Assembly: GCA_000182565.2 (NCBI GenBank)
Contig: KQ257451.1
Length of the DNA: 64,000 bases
DNA from: Spizellomyces punctatus DAOM BR117
Lineage: Eukaryota
Reading direction: 5' to 3' (one strand)
Part shown: positions 1-12,131 of the stretch, in pieces
Numbering within the stretch: position 1 is the first letter of the stretch
Layout: each line of letters begins with the position of its first letter
Translations under genes and position numbers: made by a program
The notes under the pieces: model-generated
Databases searched by the model: none
Told to the model about the DNA's origin: nothing
What the model saw: only the letters and a program-made list of their open reading frames with translations

Positions 1-3000
1 ACTGCCACTAAGTTCCTTGTAGAGCTGGCCATGCCGTCGGTACTTATAGATGTGATCGGCTCAGTACTCGTTTCGATCGCCGAAGCGGGTCTTGAATGGC
101 CGCTCACGTTGGTATTGTGGGTGGCTACCGAAAACTTACGTTCCATTACAGCACAAAACTCTCTGCCCCAACAAAGCTGGAGAATGATATTCAAGCTTCA
201 ATAAAGCTTCACTTAAAATATCAGCTGTCAGATGGAAACCTACCAATTCGTCGATATCGATCTTTGGCGGAGTCAGCTCGACAATGCTGGCGGTAACTGT
301 TAATGGTGCGACTTCAGGTCCTCGGGGTCCCTCGGATGAATATTGTCTTTTTCTGAGAAAAGCTAATTCGTCAAGACTTCCCCTCTTACGAGTTGGCTTG
401 GACGAGCTTTGTGCACCATTATCGCGCGGCTGCGAACCCAACATGGCTGCACTGGAGTGAGAATTGACGTTGTGAAGCTGTCTCTTTCTCCTGGCGTCAC
501 GTTGAATCTGCGCTAAATGGCCCGTAGATGAAGCTCGCCGCTCCAGCCGATGGAGGGCCGAGCTCGTGACACTACTCGACACTGCGGAATATGAGGTCCC
601 CGTTTCATCCGTTACCAGCATATCTTCTGTATTAGATTGCGGGTTTGAGCTCACGTCGTCGGCTGATGACTCCAGGCTATGTTGTTGCCCGTCTACTGGA
701 CGCCCAAGGCCAATATACTCTTTGATATCGGGTGCGACACTATCCCCACCAACATCACCAATCCTCATTGCACTTGCCCCCATCGGCAGTCCTGAGCTAT
801 CCGCTTCGATCGTATCTGCGATTCCCATGAAATGATTGATATCCAACGAAGTTAATCGGCGTTGTACGGGAGGCGACAGTGTTTTCATAAGTTTACTGGC
901 ATTTACTTCGGAGCCGCTTCCTCGCTGTGGTTCTGAAAACGCGCGCGGCCGATTTTTGTGCTCAATGTCTTCATGCTTATCGTTTTCTCCTAACCCTAAT
1001 CGTGAGCTAGCTACAAGACTTCGCTCGAGCGAGGTCCGTGATTTCGCCGAAGCCTCCCGTCCCCGCTTCGGCCAAAATGTAGGCCGTTCCCCTGCCACGA
1101 ACTGGTCAATGTCAAGACTTGCTGGGTCAATAGCCATGGCACTTGCTTGGGGGTTGGTAGAGTGACGGGCCTCGATAGCATTATCGATTTCTATGAAACT
1201 AACACGATACGATCTGTCCAAGGCGTTCATGCTCCTTACCAACGCATGTGATGGTGCGGACTTCGCTTGTAGCGGGTGTGTACCTGCAATGGTTGTTCGA
1301 CCTTGTGGCGGAGAAGATGCCCCTATAGTCTCAAGCCCAGTAGACGCCGACGTGGCGTCGCCCGCCCCTAGCAGCATCTCGATATCTCTCTCTGTGTTTT
1401 CGTTTTCCGGAAGTATCTCCGTTGACTGCACAAGAGGGGTGCCGATATCGATGAACGCTCCAATGTCTTCCGCGGCACGGGTGTCATCTCTCAGGCAAAA
1501 AATCGGCGGTGTCTGCTCTCGCTTATGGCGCACGGAATCTGTAGTTAGCACTCTCTCCATACCGCCATCCAACACATTGGTGCGACTGCTGTCTCCGGCG
1601 ACACCCAGTGGATATTTCAGGCTACCAGTCGAGTGCCATACTGATTTCTTCTGCGTATCTGGAGACGTCATGTCCTGCCCCGCTAGCAATGGCAAGGAAT
1701 TGTTCAGTTTGTCTGCTGATTTTCGCTTGGGCATGAGTGGCTCCCCAATGAGGATCTTCGGAATAGGTGGGACTTGGTTCACCAGCAAATAATCATCTGC
1801 GTCAGTGAAAACACGGGGCAAACTTGCCAGAACGGACGCCGCTGGATTGGGATCCATCGACAAAACATCATCAATGTCCCTCGTTTCTTCTTCTGCAGGT
1901 GTAATAGTGGTGCTCGTAACAGGGGACTTCCGGTTAGGGGATACAGGAGAGGTTGCCGGCGAGTCTGGGCCATCCATTGGTGCAGTGCCGGTAATTCTTG
2001 CAGAGTGAAATCCAAGTCGATTCTTAACCCGAGGCTTCTCCATTCGTGTCGACGGTGAATGCTGGGACTGTGGAGGGTTTTCCGATGGCGATGCGCTTCC
2101 CAAGGCCAGCATATTATCGACATCAAAATCGTCAGTAGCTGCAGGAATATCTACTGTAAGCTTCGACCCAGTCCTTTCCCAGTTTTCACCGCTCCCAATC
2201 CCTGTTAATCTGTCAATATCCTCGCTAGCGGTGGTAAGAGTTTGAGGAAAATGGCTTTCGGGCAAAGAATTAGCAGGAGCAAGTGGTACTGGAGCTGCCA
2301 ACCCGAGCGTGCTTCTTCCGATGGTTGGAAAGTTGTCTGCAAATGACATAGACGACCCTCCCAGGCCTGCTGATAGTTGGGCAGAATTCGGTCTTACAGT
2401 ACTCAAGCGGAAGCCACTGGCCAAGCGGGTTGCCAAAGAATGGCGAGGAGTGGTAGATTGTTCCACCTTGCGGGCGTTTGCTGTCGTTAAGTCGTCAATG
2501 TCTCGTACGTTAAGTCGGTCGCCAGGGCCAGGGGAACGGAAACTGGAACTTCTAGTTACGACTCCAGATTTTTTTCCTTTAATTTTTTCCATAGCTGCGT
2601 CTGCCGCCTCCAAAATCGAATCAATGTCCTCGGCCTTGCTGACTATGTAAGGATAGGTGCTGGCGGGAGCGACCTGCTGCACTACCATTCTACCGTCATC
2701 TAGTCCCCAAGTGCTTCCAGAACGAGTTGGTTGAACTATTTCCACTACTGGAGTGACTTGAGTTCCACTTATTGTCGCTCCCCGCGCCCTACCTCGTCTT
2801 TGCCCGTCCGGCTTTGGTCTCTCATTTGTAGAAGCCCTCCCTTGAGATTTGTCTGTATCCGAAGCAGGAGGTTCTTCGGTCAATTTGCCGTCAGCTTCAC
2901 CAGAACGAGCCCGAAGCGCGGCATTCCACAAGCTGTTATGCGATCGGCCCAACGGCTTATCGGACACTGAGCGAGGCCTCAGTGCCGGAGAATTCGACAT
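1..3000 (-). CDS. Large Ser/Pro/Asp-rich protein of unknown function, 3' part outside the window
   Basis: 954-codon ORF from ATG at 3000. A GTAAGT donor near 139 suggests splicing to an open exon that runs off the left edge. No recognisable domain. Confidence 0.75.
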
Positions 3001-3164
3001 GACACTGTATGATGGCTTCCCGGCAAAATGTATATGTTATATGGTTTTTGGATGTAACCAACTCATCTGCCGTTGTTGCAAGAGCGGAGCAAACCAAAGC
3101 AATGTTTTAAAAATGCTAAAAATAGATGCAATTCAAGCGCCAAAGCAATATGTGGAATTTTTGA

Positions 3165-5171
3165 TCAGCTATAACGCGATTTCAATTTTATCAATAAATC
3201 AAGATCACTATCGGAAGGGTCGGTCGCAGTGTTCAGTAGCACATCTAAAATAGTAGAATTGAGAAGGTGTTTTCGTCTTTGCACACAACCACAACAACCA
3301 GCATACCGATGAATGCACTTATCAAATTAAAACCTTCACTGAACCTGGGAAGTTCCTGCGAAAGCGAGGCCACAATCTGCGCAAGTGGGGAACTGAATTC
3401 TTTTGGATATGGCGCTTCTATCGCCGATAGTATCTGTAAAATATACCTTTAGAGCCTCTGTCGCAACTGGCGACACGACCATCTAAAACGCAACTCACTG
3501 AAACAACAAAGTGTGTTCTGAGGGACTCATCTATGCTGCCGGTATGTTCTGAGATGTACTTCACAACCGGAACTGCGTACCCCACTTTCACCAAAAGGAC
3601 CAAGTGATCAAGGATCTTTTGCTTAATTTCTATCTGCAATTACGGGGATGAGTTCTATCTTCAAAGGGAAGACGTTATCTCTCCAACGTACCATCATCAA
3701 GGGATCTTGTGATTCGTATCCGCCCTCAAGTAAGGTAATCCAGAAAGTTGTGGCATGCTCCCAAAGAAACGGATGCCTTATGACCATCTAAAAATCGCGG
3801 TAGAAGTACAGCGTCAGCATGTTGAGTAACGGGCGAAGGATGTATAGGCGCTCTTACTTCATCCACAAGATTGAATGCCGGAGGAACTTCCTCTCGTAGC
3901 ATGGTCCACTCGTAAAAGCTACCATTGCTCAAGCAAGACGAGACCCAATGTAATAGTGCCATGGAGGTAATTTGTCGTCTAAACACAGTCGTGCGCCTTC
4001 AGCGACAGCTTGTCATCGGATGTGTCAAACTCGTATATTTACCTACTCTGTCGCCTGAAGAAATGCAGATATATGATCCTGCATTTGCGCCATGGATGTT
4101 ATACGGTTCGTCAATGCGTCAAGACTCTTTAGTGCTTCCAAAGTGCTCTTGAAATCGTCGTCGTCACCCTGTCAACGGGAATAGAAGTATGTTGAGTCGA
4201 TTATAACGCTTTCTCACGCTTAATAATAGAGTCTACTCACCACAGAGCCTCTTTTGCTGTCTTGATCTACGATGCTGACGGCGTAGGCCAGTAGCCACAG
4301 TGTTTCTTCCACATGTGCATTCGAACGACGAGGAACAAAGGTATCCGCGATCAGAGCATCTACATTACGGTGAGTGGATTGTATCTATAATCGTCTCCAC
4401 TTCAAGTTGTCAAAAGGTACTCACTGAGAATTGCAGCGTCCCGAAGAAAGACAGGTGATGGTGGGTCATTTGAGTTATAATGCTTATATAACTACACTCC
4501 CACATAGCATTAGCAGTGCTACTTAATTTGAATCCGTCCCAAATGTCAAACGCAATTGCTTTCCCTACCTTAACAATATCTCCCCCACTCGGTTTGCTGT
4601 CCCGCTGAATGCCGATCAAAGCCTCGATCACATCAAGGGCCGTTATGCCGCTGAACTTGACACCTTCCGTCAGCATCAATACCCTTCAAATGCATGTCAT
4701 CAGGTTGAGGTACCAAACTACATAATTACGTACAACAGCGTTGCTTACTCTTCTCGTTCTCCCAGACCCGCCGCCAACTCCTGCGATATTCGGTTAAGCA
4801 TTTGCCCCCAATGAATTCCATTTTCCGTCTCTCGTGACAATCCAGTTAGGATCGCTTGCGTTATAAAGTAGTTGTGCACATTGTTGTAACATAGGGGCTG
4901 CCGATCTTGTGATTAGTTAGAGTGCTTTGAGGTGGAAAGAGCTTGTCCTCGAAGCTTCACTCACACCCAGGTTTGTGGCGACCCATTCCTTAATATTCGT
5001 GTCATTGGGATCATGTAGCTTTGACAATACATTCACCAGCTGATTACAATATTCTGTCGTTTCTGTGGCTACTAATGCCATCGCTGCAAACGGTGAAGAA
5101 AGCAGCGTAGAGATCAGTGTAGAGATCAGGACAAAGTTGGGCTCTGGTGGGGTTGCCCAGTTTGTTGGCAT
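3165..5171 (-). CDS. NELFCD: Negative elongation factor C/D (TH1-like) homologue, multi-exon, 5' end uncertain
   Basis: Spliced exons give, in order: LCYNNVHNYFITQAIL..LNRISQEL, GDIVKLYKHYNSNDPPSPVFLR, LWLLAYAVS, SMALLHWV..AFNLVDEV, IEIKQKILDHLVLLVKVGYAVPVVKYI..IDESLRTHFV, ILSAIEAPYPKEF. These are colinear with TH1/NELF-CD blocks as I recall them. Confidence 0.82.
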
Positions 5172-5889
5172 GGTAATCGCTTACCTGAGAGTCGCGCCAA
5201 CAAGATGCCGATGAATATTTGTTCGGTCGTGAACCAGATGTCGCAGGAAAACGGCGCAATATCGAAGCCAAAGTCTCCGGTGTGTCAGTCTTGTTCATGT
5301 ATCGACACAATCTTTGCGCATTTGCGCGGGAATGTGGCATGGAGAACCTCTCCAATGCTTTCAGTTTGATGCACTACTGATGAAGAAGGAGGGCCTTTCA
5401 CCATGCCAGTTTCACAGAAGGGGAGTTTCGACAATCCAAAACTAACTTGTGCAGATTTTGGGACATATTCAAATCTCACACAGCTCAAGTAATGAAGGAT
5501 TAGACAGAATCAGTGAGGAGACTTCCGATGCGCCTATCCATCGCATGAAGGACACTGCTCAAAGAGCAGATTGTGCTTCACAAACTGGTGTGTAGCACTT
5601 TCCGTCTTTCTAGACAATCATTTCAGTTCCATTGTTATCACGTTGTTTACTACGAGAGCTCATTTAAGTATTGCTGGGCGCTTACATCTCATTTGTTATA
5701 GATCACTTATCAGTTAGAAATTTAAGTCCATTTGGTTGACAATCATCATTATTGAGTGATCGCTTTCTTGTCCGTTTATAGTGTAGAGGTGACAGAAAAT
5801 GGCACTAGCTACTACACCAGGGAATAAACTGGCGACAACCAACCCGGAAAAGCCAAGTAATTCCCTCCTTACAACCAACCAACTACTAC

Positions 5890-6167
5890 TAGGCCCAATT
5901 ACACATGCAATACATTACGGTTGTTCTAACCGGGTAACTAAGCCCACCACACGAGAGAAATCCTACTAAGCCCTTGATTCCGAAATTCTTAGTCGGAGGA
6001 TGTTCAGATACTAATTAAACCAGAATTAGACTCGGAATACGCGTGGGAAAATACAAAGATAATGCATACCTGTGATCGTTGCAGCATAGTAGCAGCAGTG
6101 TTTGCAAGGGGTTATGTTGTTATTGTCGGGAGGGCGAGGTCCTCGGCACCAGAGCAGTATTCTCATG
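5890..6167 (-). CDS. Putative small two-exon Cys-rich peptide (~73 aa) or uORF
   Basis: TATAAAA near 6262-6268 (- strand), a pyrimidine-rich leader, ATG at 6167, an intron GTATGC...CTAAT...TAG at ~6011-6070, and a second exon open to TAG. Confidence 0.35.
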
Positions 6168-6707
6168 ATGATGGACTTGAGAGTCGCGATGAGAAGAGTT
6201 GCACAGATGCTTTGAGAGTCGAGGGATAAAGAAACAAGAGGGAAGAGACAAAAGGCCCCCATTTTATAGACCTTTGGCATGCGCCTCACCGCAGTTTAAA
6301 AAAAAACAACATTACATGCATGCCACAACCGCTTTGGGCGATAGATGGGGGTGCTGATTATGCGATATGATTAACCGGATTAATCCGGATAATAATGAGT
6401 CTTAGTGCCATTTTCCATCACCTCCACTATATGATTTGGAAGGGCGATGCTGCGATACTTATGACCCCTGTCGGCAAGGACACTTAAAGTCATTACCCAT
6501 TTAGCATTGTACGGGAAAAACACTTTCCTGCGTTCGTAAATAAAAGAAATAAAAGAAGCGATGCGAAATGGTGTCAAGGCATACCACAGAGGACAAAATG
6601 CGATGGGTATGATATAATTAGAACCGACAGAAGTGTTTGCAACCCAATTTTACTAATCCTCTCGTCTCACTAATCTAAACTGCACACCAGTCAGATTAAT
6701 TCGTCTC

Positions 6708-9700
6708 CTATTTCCTCCTGACAGTTCTGGGTGCCTTAATCTTTCGCCCAGCCGATCCGCCCTGTGTATTCGCCTGTGTTCCCCCAGCACCCATCGAAAA
6801 CAATGCCCCAGGTTGGGAAGCTCCAAAGCTGAATCCGTTCTGGGGAGGGGCCGCAGCTCCAAAGGTAAAAGAGGAGCCCGTTGGTGTTGTCGCTTGTTGT
6901 TGTTGTTGTTGTTGTTGCGGTTGTGGTTGTTGTGCCGGTTGTCCGCCGGCTCCAAAGCTGAACTGGAAACCACCTGCTTGAGGTGTACCCCCGCCAGCAT
7001 TTGAGCCAGGAGTACCTCCAAACGAAAAGCCAAATCCACCTGCTCTACCCGCCTGAGGCGTACCAAAGGAAGGCGTTGACGGTGGTCCGGCAGACGGATT
7101 CTGAGGTGCAGGAGATGCAGCGGGAGCGCCACCACCAAACTTAAAAGTACTTTGTCCGCCAAAGTTTGATTGATTGGCTCCCCCAATGGCTGAGCTGAAT
7201 GGTGCAGAGGGCGTACTCGGAGCCGGTGCAGTGGGATTTGGGGCAGTTTGTCCGGTCGCTCCAAACGCAAAGGATGGTTGTGCACCGCTGCCGACGCCAA
7301 AGGCGGGGGCAGGCGTAGTCGGTGTAGACGCTGCGGTTGAGGAATTGGTGCCGAAGCCGCCAAATGCCGGTGCTGACGACTGCGGTGTGACGGTAGTATT
7401 TGCGCCAAAGCCACCAAAGGCGGGTGTCGTAGGTGCAGGAGTTGGTGCGGCGACTTGCGTTCCGAATCCGCCAAAAGCAGGCGCCGCTGATGTAGGGGCA
7501 GAGGCGGACGTCTGTGGCTTAGCACCAAACCCGCCAAAAGTAGGTGCCGCGGAGGTAGGGGCAGTGGTCGCCGAACCCTCCGGTTTTCCTCCAAACCCTG
7601 CAAAACCCGGTGTGGAAGGGACCGGTGAAGCCGCCGCGGGAATCTGAGACGTCGCTCCAAAGCCGCCGAAGGTAGTGCCCGAAGGGGTAGACGCCGCGGG
7701 GTTAGCCGCAGCAGTAGCGTCGGTTTTACCGCCCAAGTGGCCAAATGACGGTGCACCAGGTGTAGGAGTAGACACCGTTGTTTGTGTGCTCCCTCCAAAG
7801 CCTGCAAATGCCGGCGCACTCGATTTCGCAACTGATGTGCTACTACCCGTAAACGAGAATGAAGGAGTTGAAGTCGTTGTCGTGGTGGGTGCTGTAACGC
7901 CAGCAGAGGGGGCAAAGGAGAGAGTGGGGGCAGTGGTCGTGGGAGGATTTCCTGTACCTCCAAATGAGAAAGGCGTTCCGGCTGGAGTAGACGTTGAGGG
8001 AGCAGAGGTTGCCACAGGAGGTGCACCTCCAAATGAAAACGAGGTTGGGGCGGCAGAGGCCGGAGGAGCTGCTGACGTGACGGCAGGAGCGCCTCCGAAA
8101 GCGGGAATGCTAATAGTCGTCGCCGATGTGGAAGCGGTTGGTGCTTCGGTCGAAGCAGGCGCTGCGGTAAATGAAAACGCCGGAGCGGTCGTTGTCGGGG
8201 CGGAAGTCGCTGTACCAGAAGTGCTTCCAAACAATGAGCTGGCCGCACTCGTGGCTGGTGTGGGACCTGGCAGGCTGCTTCCGCCGAAAGTAAAGGAAGC
8301 CGGTGCAGCAGCGGTTGTCCCAGCCACGGCAGTCGTACCTTGAGCTTGGCCTCCAGTGAAAGGTGCCGCGGCAGGTGCGGACCCGTTTGACTGGATGTCT
8401 CTGGCTGTCTGCTGCACCTCACCACTAGCATTTTTGGCCTCTAACTTCTGATAGCATAGCAAATGTTAAATGGATGACACAAAGGGAAGAAAATCCATAT
8501 TTTGTAACTACCTGTCTCTCGGCTTCCTGTTGACGTTTAAGTTCCTCCGCTTTCCGTTGTTCCTCCATCTTTCGTTGTTCCTCAGCGGCCTTACGTTGCT
8601 GCTCAGCCTTTCTCTCTTCTTCCAACTTTCGTTGTTCCTCAGCGGCCTTACGTTGCTGCTCAGCCTTTCTCTCTTCTTCCAACTTTCGTTGTTCCTCCAA
8701 TTTTTTCTGTTCCTCCAGCCGTCTCTGCTGTTCCTGTCTTTTCCGCTCTTCCTCTTCTCGCTTCTTCCGTTCCTCATCAGCCTTTCGCTGTTCTTCCAAC
8801 CGCCTGGCTTCTTCTGCCAATCTCTCTGCTTCTCGTTTCGCTTCCTCCTGCTCTTTGTATGCTCTCTCCGAATTCTCCATGATCTGCTGCGCCACTTCAT
8901 GTGTTTTGTTGTGATCTACAGGTGGCATGCGGGAAATGAGCCATCTTAGGTTATTGTTTGCATTCGGCCGGCTGGATTTCAGCTTGATACGGGAGCGTGG
9001 TGTCTTTGCACGGGGAGAGCCGTTGCGCGTAACTGGTGATAACTGGACAGATGGGCTGTACTGAACGGTTTCCACCTGACGACGCTTAGCAGGTGTAGGT
9101 GACGATTTTGGATCTTGATGGCGCTCTTCTCGGTCTACATCGTCAATGGCACGTTTAGAACCTGCTACCGTACTCTCATCCCGAGTAAGACTGTCGATGG
9201 GGATACGTTTTGGAGTTCCTGGTTTCATTGTTGGTCGGATACCTAGCCGACGACTGGCACTGGTGATCCAACCGTCTTCTGGCCTCAATTCTTCCATGAC
9301 TTTAAGCTCCCAGGGGGACGGACGGTTAGGTGTTTCTGGGGCGTTATTCGGTGTATGGTGTCGCGAAGCGACCTTTGGTGTTGCTCGAACTGGAGTGTTA
9401 TACACCTGGGTATTGGATCTGGGTTGAGGTGCTGGAGAACCGCTATGCCGATTCCCAAGCTCAAATAGACTTGCATTGCTATTATGTACCACACTAGAGC
9501 CGTAATCGCGGGTTGGACTGCCACTATGATCTGTGCTTTGGTTATGCGGGGGAGATCTTGCCCATCGGGGCGAGGGCGCTCGAACTTGCCGCTCTTGTAG
9601 AGGTGGACTCTCCAGTATAGATGTCTGCAAAAAACGGTGAGCATAGGTACTACCACCCAGAGAGTCTGGCACACCAACCTCCATCGCCACCGTCTCCGTC

Positions 9701-9768
9701 GTAGATTCGGACTTTTCCGTTTCTGTACTTGACCCCGCGACCCAATATCTCACGAGTCTCCTCAACAT
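6708..9768 (-). CDS. FG-repeat nuclear basket nucleoporin, Nup1/Nup153-like
   Basis: ORFs 8425..9789 and 6708..8462 join in frame through a GT-AG intron at ~8448-8511. Dense FxFG/FGGFG repeats and a basic C-terminus GRKIKAPRTVRRK typical of Nup153/Nup1. Start taken at MLRRLVRYW. Confidence 0.85.
6895..6917. repeat. (TTG)n microsatellite encoding poly-Q in the nucleoporin
   Basis: Directly visible ttgttgttg run. Confidence 0.9.
8570..8700 (-). repeat. Near-perfect coding tandem repeat (~57 bp x ~2.3; AEQQRKAAEEQRKLEEERK)
   Basis: The unit ttcgttgttcctcagcggccttacgttgctgctcagcctttctctcttcttccaact occurs twice in tandem. Confidence 0.9.
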
Positions 9769-10071
9769 GATGTTCCTCAACAACTGCAATCAAGAACGAC
9801 CGGGTGATCCACAAAAATGCCTTGGCCACAATAAGCCGATGCCTGAATATCCGCAACCCAATTCCGTGCAGCAAAATCAAGAGAGCGACGACCAAACGAA
9901 CTGCTGCCCGCGCGCGAATTTCATTTCTTTTACGAGGGGTTCGATTCCCGCTGGCTGCAAAACAAAAATTCTTTTTTGCAAATTCGGCCATTTCCGGCAG
10001 AGTCACGAACTGTTTGGATTTGCTTTCCTCCACCAACAAACCATCCGTCGCACATCACCCGATCCATCAAA

Positions 10072-11842
10072 ATGGCCTCCGCTCTCAGGTTCAACGCTGC
10101 AAAGATTGCGCGCGCCGCAAAGCCTGCTCGCATCGCCGGTGTGAGGTGAGCCCTGCGACCATTTTCTAGTGTTTTGTAGTAAAGGATTGACCATGTGGGT
10201 TTTAGGAACTTTTCCCGATCGGCAGTTGCTCTCGAGCGCAGCGTGTCCTCTCTTTACACCTTTACCGAGGAGGAGGAGATGATGCGTGAAGCAGGTTCGT
10301 CACCTGTTTTCCCGTCTTTACCATTCCCATAACTGAAATTTGGCGATTTTATGTTGTGTATAATAGTGGCAAAGTTTGCCCGGGAGCAGGTTAAGCCCAA
10401 AGTTCACGAGATGGACGAGAAGGAGATGATGGACAAGTCTGTCTTCACCGGGCTTTTCGAGCAGGGGGTGAGACATGTTTGCATTGGGTAGGAGAGATCA
10501 TGGCAGAGAGTGACCCTTGTCAATTTTTAGCTGATGGGTGTTGAGACTCCAGCCGAGTTGGGTGGCACTGGCGGTTCCTTCATGTCCGCTATCTTGGTTG
10601 TCGAGGGTAAGGCTCGTCGCTACCACTTGTGTTATTTGACACTGGTCTGATTTGTGATGCAAATCATGTACAGAACTCGCCAAGGTTGATGCCTCAGTTA
10701 GTGTTGCCTGCGACGTGCAAAACACCCTGGTTAACACCTTGGTCAGAACTTATGGTACTGACGCCCAGAAGGAGAACTACCTGACTCGTCTCGCCACCGA
10801 CACGGTAAGTAGTCCGTTCTATTCCCTTTCCACTCGCATCGGTGTCTAATCTCTATCTCACTAGGTCGGATGCTTCTGTCTCTCCGAGGCCGAATCCGGA
10901 AGTGACGCCTTTGCGCTCAAGACCGTCGCGAAAAAGGACGGCAACAAGTACATCCTTAACGGCTCCAAGATGTGGATCACCAACTCGTACGAGGCAGATA
11001 TCTTCTTGGTCTTTGCCAACGTGGCTCCTGAGAAGGGATACAAAGGTATCACCTGCTTCATTGTGGAAAAGAACATGGGTGTGAAGATTGCCAAGAAGGA
11101 GATTAAGGTATTTGATGACTCTCCTTTGAAGGACTCCTGTGCCTATGATTCACCGATATTGATTCTGTATAGCTTGGTATTCGGGCATCTTCTACCTGCG
11201 TCTTGTCTTTTGACGATGTTGAGGTAACCTTGACGCCTTCTTTCTTTAACGTGTTACTAGGTTGCTCATACCGCCTTTAGGTTCCCGCTGAGAATGTGCT
11301 TGGCGAGGTAGGCAAGGGCTACAAATATGCCATCGAGATTCTCAACGAAGGACGTGTGGGTATTGCCGCCCAAATGATCGGTATTGCCCAAGGCGCTGTG
11401 GATGAAGCGCTGCCCTACATGTATCAACGGAAACAGTTCGGCACCCCAATTGCGGAATTCCAAGGTGTTCAGCATCAAGTCGCTCAGATTGCAACCGAGA
11501 TCGAGGCCGCCAGGTTGTTGACGTACAATGCGGCTAGGTTGAAGGAGGAGGGACGGTCGTTTGTCAAGGAGGCTGCTATGGCCAAGCTGTATGCCTCCCA
11601 GATCGCGGAAAAGGCTGCGAGCAAGGCCATTGAATGGGCCGGTGGTGTTGGGTTCACCAGGGGTGAGTTTTGCGAATTCATTGTATATCCACTGGCAGTG
11701 CCCCTCTTATATGTTGGTTACTTTTATAGAATTCCCTCTTGAGAAATTCTACCGTGACGCCAAGATTGGAGCCATCTACGAGGGAACTTCCAACATCCAG
11801 CTCCAGACTATTGCAAAGCTGTTGAAGCAAAACTACGTGTAG
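10072..11842 (+). CDS. ACADSB: Mitochondrial short/branched-chain acyl-CoA dehydrogenase
   Basis: Arg/Ala-rich presequence [14 protein letters not shown]; motifs [49 protein letters not shown]; multiple GT-AG introns. Confidence 0.93.
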
Positions 11843-12131
11843 ATCAGATTGTCACGAATACAGACAATCAGTTTATTTTGAGATGTCGTTAGCAACGTAT
11901 GGGTTCTCATGTTTCTTTTGTTTCTTGTTTGTCTCCTCATTTCACTAGCATGAGACCTATGTAGAATAGACAGTTTGTTTAGCGGGTACAATAGCACATT
12001 GGAAGGGAGTCGAAGTCCACACATGTCGAGTTGACAATTATAATGTTGGTCTGTTTCAGGTATCAAATTGTCACTAGGATCCAAGAAGAACAAAGACGGG
12101 GACCAGCTAACCAGCACAGTAACATTCTCGA

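Noticed and set aside
6120-6167. Antizyme-like +1 frameshift site (WC..GPR similarity)
   Set aside because: No UCC-UGA/CCG-UGA shift site and no antizyme ORF2.
6653-8431. 592-aa alternative-frame ORF and antisense Gly/Ala/Val ORFs over the FG region
   Set aside because: Explained by GC-rich, low-complexity codons of the FG nucleoporin that rarely produce stops.
9650-10169. Overlapping 100-130 aa ORFs in the Nup/ACAD spacer
   Set aside because: No homology cues; they overlap a divergent promoter and the starts of two well-supported genes.
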